Of a stretch of 64,000 nucleotides of DNA, positions 61,698 to 64,000 are shown in pieces. Under the pieces are notes generated by a model, which had not been told where the DNA came from, did no database searches, and saw only the letters and a list, made by a program, of their open reading frames with translations. This DNA is from an uncultured Bacteroidales bacterium (lineage in GTDB: Bacteria; Bacteroidota; Bacteroidia; Bacteroidales; UBA1402): NCBI GenBank assembly GCA_942493385.1, contig OW818699.1, forward strand, positions 726,808-790,807, given 5' to 3'. A program made the translations under genes and the position numbers. The number at the start of each line of letters is the position of its first letter. The stretch's first letter is position 1.

Positions 61698-63431
61698 TTA
61701 TTTTAGAGGCAAGAACCAATTCTTTTTATCACTTAAGGTTCGATATAAATCGGCATCATAATTCGCAGCTCCTTTTCGTCTTGCAATCTTGTTGGCAAGC
61801 CACGATTCGTCATTTCTGCGCAACCCCATACGTACCAAATCAAAAAAGCGGTATCCTTCGAATGATGTTTCCAATGCTGTTTCGTTGCAAATCAAATCTT
61901 CAACATAGTCAATGGAATCCGAAGAGGTTTTAATGGAATCCCCTTGACTGTTTACATTAGGGATTACATAGTATTTATTGGCCGGGGATTCACCTGAACC
62001 ACGGGAGTGAATACCCAGTGTATTTGATGCGCTAAATAAATACTGATTGAATGCCAGAAGGTTTCCTGCACCAGCTCTTTCCTTGGAATTGATGTATTTT
62101 TCAATATTTGACGGATACAAACCATATTTCAAGATTGCAAATGCAGATTCAGGAAAACCAGCACGATTCATCGCTTCGGCAAAACGTAAGTAAATCTGCC
62201 CCACACGGTATAAAATGACGTTACCAGTGGTGAACTTGGCAATGGTTTGTACTGAAGAGGAATAAAGATTGCTGGAGGTTGGATTCCCACTATTACCAAG
62301 TGTCTGAATTTCCGTATTGTTTGTGACTCCATAGACCATTGGTAGGCGAAGATCACCAATATATGTTGGAGATGAATAATTTCTTAACGGAGCATATAAG
62401 GTATCTAACTTATTATTACTGCTGTATACTATGCAATTGGTTTGAGACCTGGAAAGATCAATAAGATAATATGAGGGGGTAGCCTGATTGTAATAATTGT
62501 TTTGACTAGTAGAATTGTATATGTTGCCTAAATTACTGTAGCCTGGTTCTGAAGTTATTGATTCCATGGGAATATAACTGATGATTTCAGGATCTCCGTT
62601 TGTTCTAAACGCCCCTGAATAGCTGTTCATCACAGAAGAGAATGTTGTAGTTGCATTGTACCAAGTGGATTGCATGTCACCTGTAGTTACAGGACTATTT
62701 TGAACTGTCAGATAATCATGATAGAACCTTGCCGCATCCAAATAACGTTCTGCCCAAAGACAAAAATCGCCAAGTACTACCCTAGTTGGAATAAAGAATT
62801 TCTTTGAATCCAAACTATTTATGGCTCCATAACCTGGTTCAGGTATGTTGACATATGGCAAGAGGTCATCTACGAAGTAGGTGCAAAGTTGCTTGACATC
62901 ATACATTGGATAGTTTTTGTTAGCTGCTGCTTCTGTTAGGACTGGTTCTGTAATGAAAGGTACGGTTCCATAAATAGCCGCCAATTGCAGATACGTCCAG
63001 GCACGAAAAGTCTTTACCGCAGCGAATTCCCTCATGAACACATATTCATTGCGTTTTTTCAATGAAGTATCTACATTGGCAAGATAAAAGTTGCAGTTAT
63101 TAATGACAGCATAGTATTTTTCGGCTGCATTATAGACATTATCCGTACCCGCTTTAAATTGAGCCAGATCTTGAAGATCCAACGAGGCCTGGGGCGTGAG
63201 TTCTACCAAATCTCCTCGTATCTCACCCAACAAAACAGTTTGGTCGGCAATGGACTGCATCTTACCGATAATTCCCATTACAGAGTACACACTATCTGTT
63301 GGCTCATTCAACAAATGATCTTCGGAAAACATGACGAGTTTGGATGATGTCATCATCATATCTTCACAAGATGTGAAAGCTCCCAACGTTAGAAGGGAAA
63401 GCCCGGCTGTTACTATTGATTTTATTTTCAT
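61698..63431 (-). CDS. SusD/RagB-family nutrient-binding lipoprotein
   Basis: 577 aa with a lipoprotein signal (LGAFTSCED). It lies directly downstream of a SusC-like gene. Confidence 0.85.
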   Translation of the reverse strand: MKIKSIVTAGLSLLTLGAFTSCEDMMMTSSKLVMFSEDHLLNEPTDSVYSVMGIIGKMQSIADQTVLLGEIRGDLVELTPQASLDLQDLAQFKAGTDNVYNAAEKYYAVINNCNFYLANVDTSLKKRNEYVFMREFAAVKTFRAWTYLQLAAIYGTVPFITEPVLTEAAANKNYPMYDVKQLCTYFVDDLLPYVNIPEPGYGAINSLDSKKFFIPTRVVLGDFCLWAERYLDAARFYHDYLTVQNSPVTTGDMQSTWYNATTTFSSVMNSYSGAFRTNGDPEIISYIPMESITSEPGYSNLGNIYNSTSQNNYYNQATPSYYLIDLSRSQTNCIVYSSNNKLDTLYAPLRNYSSPTYIGDLRLPMVYGVTNNTEIQTLGNSGNPTSSNLYSSSVQTIAKFTTGNVILYRVGQIYLRFAEAMNRAGFPESAFAILKYGLYPSNIEKYINSKERAGAGNLLAFNQYLFSASNTLGIHSRGSGESPANKYYVIPNVNSQGDSIKTSSDSIDYVEDLICNETALETSFEGYRFFDLVRMGLRRNDESWLANKIARRKGAANYDADLYRTLSDKKNWFLPLK

Positions 63432-63446
63432 ATTCTTTTTTCCTTA

Positions 63447-64000
63447 TTAAAGATTCAACTTAACACCTAACGTGATGTTACGTCCTTGGGCTAACAATCC
63501 TCTGTCGATACCTTGACTCAATACACTGTTTCCTAATGAGAACTCAGGGTCACCACCCAGATATTTTGTGAATGTATACAGATTGCTGGCGGTACCCCAA
63601 ACAGTGATGCCTTTGATGTACATGTTATTGACTGGCAAACTGTAGCTCAATGTCAGGCTCTTTAGCCGCAGATACGATCCATCTTCAATCCATCGATCTG
63701 AGAAACGGCTATTGCCCATGACATCACCATAAAAAATCTTAGGGATGCTTGTTGCTTGACCTTCAGCAGACCATCTGTTTGTCATGGACGTTGTCTGGTT
63801 GAAGAAGCGGCTACCGCTTTCCAATATGGACCTTTGGTAATTGAAGACATCGTTCCCGAGCGAGTAGTTGCAAACTACACTTAAAGTCAGGTGCTTATAA
63901 TTAAGGTTGGCAAACATGTTTCCAAAGAGGTCTGGATTAGGATTGCCAATGATGGAACGATCAGATTCATTGATGACATTGTCAGGTGTTTTATCAACAA
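63447..64000 (-). CDS. SusC/TonB-dependent transporter, C-terminal part (gene continues beyond the window)
   Basis: I translated the frame by hand and it stays open from 63917 to the window edge (...VDKTPDNVINESDRSIIGNPNPDLFGNMFANLNYK...). It has barrel-terminal sequence ending GVKLNL. Confidence 0.85.
   Translation of the reverse strand, partial: VDKTPDNVINESDRSIIGNPNPDLFGNMFANLNYKHLTLSVVCNYSLGNDVFNYQRSILESGSRFFNQTTSMTNRWSAEGQATSIPKIFYGDVMGNSRFSDRWIEDGSYLRLKSLTLSYSLPVNNMYIKGITVWGTASNLYTFTKYLGGDPEFSLGNSVLSQGIDRGLLAQGRNITLGVKLNL

Noticed and set aside
1-64000. Scanned for CRISPR arrays, IS elements and transposases, integrases, reverse transcriptases, toxin-antitoxin pairs and known defence genes
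   Set aside because: None found. All ORFs of 150 aa or more are accounted for by housekeeping, PUL, signalling or transport functions. No spaced direct-repeat array is visible in the intergenic regions.

Overview
This is a chromosomal window from a Bacteroidota genome. The evidence is two SusC/SusD pairs, a hybrid two-component (HTCS) regulator, a T9SS C-terminal sorting domain, gldH, and recurrent TAnnTTTG -7 promoter boxes. Any finer taxonomic placement would be a guess.

Content from left to right:
- a tRNA with anticodon CAT;
- a 1658-aa T9SS-secreted multi-propeller protein;
- a divergent pair of cytoplasmic hybrid histidine kinases, one carrying a ~240-residue heptad-phased repeat array;
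- a small pectin-type PUL (HTCS, SusC, SusD, PL1 pectate lyase, DUF4038-like hydrolase);
- an uncharacterised block: an HxxxD acyltransferase-like protein and a zinc-ribbon 6-TM protein, followed by a secreted HExxH protein;
- a YdeN-like hydrolase and agmatine deiminase;
- an 8-gene operon joining a YtrA-type GntR/ABC module to a MacAB-TolC-type pump;
- the conserved purH-mreBCD-mrdA-rodA cluster;
- gldH-ricT-holB;
- tRNA-Ser(CGA), followed by a 136-nt perfectly nested inverted-repeat element;
- an ECF sigma/anti-sigma/secreted-protein operon;
- a serine peptidase and a GH31;
- a second PUL fragment (partial SusC, SusD, GH127, a 925-aa unknown, an FGE-domain lipoprotein).

I saw no CRISPR array, IS element, integrase, reverse transcriptase or recognisable phage or defence gene.

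The most unusual items:
- the four-way-junction palindromic element 3' of tRNA-Ser;
- the acyltransferase/zinc-ribbon membrane cassette;
- the 14/21-residue repeat array in the kinase;
- the ytr-like/MacAB-TolC fusion operon;
- phased TTTGGGAAAA repeats upstream of susC;
- the 925-aa unknown protein in the GH127 PUL.

All family assignments come from motifs read by eye and from memory. None has been confirmed by an HMM or database search.
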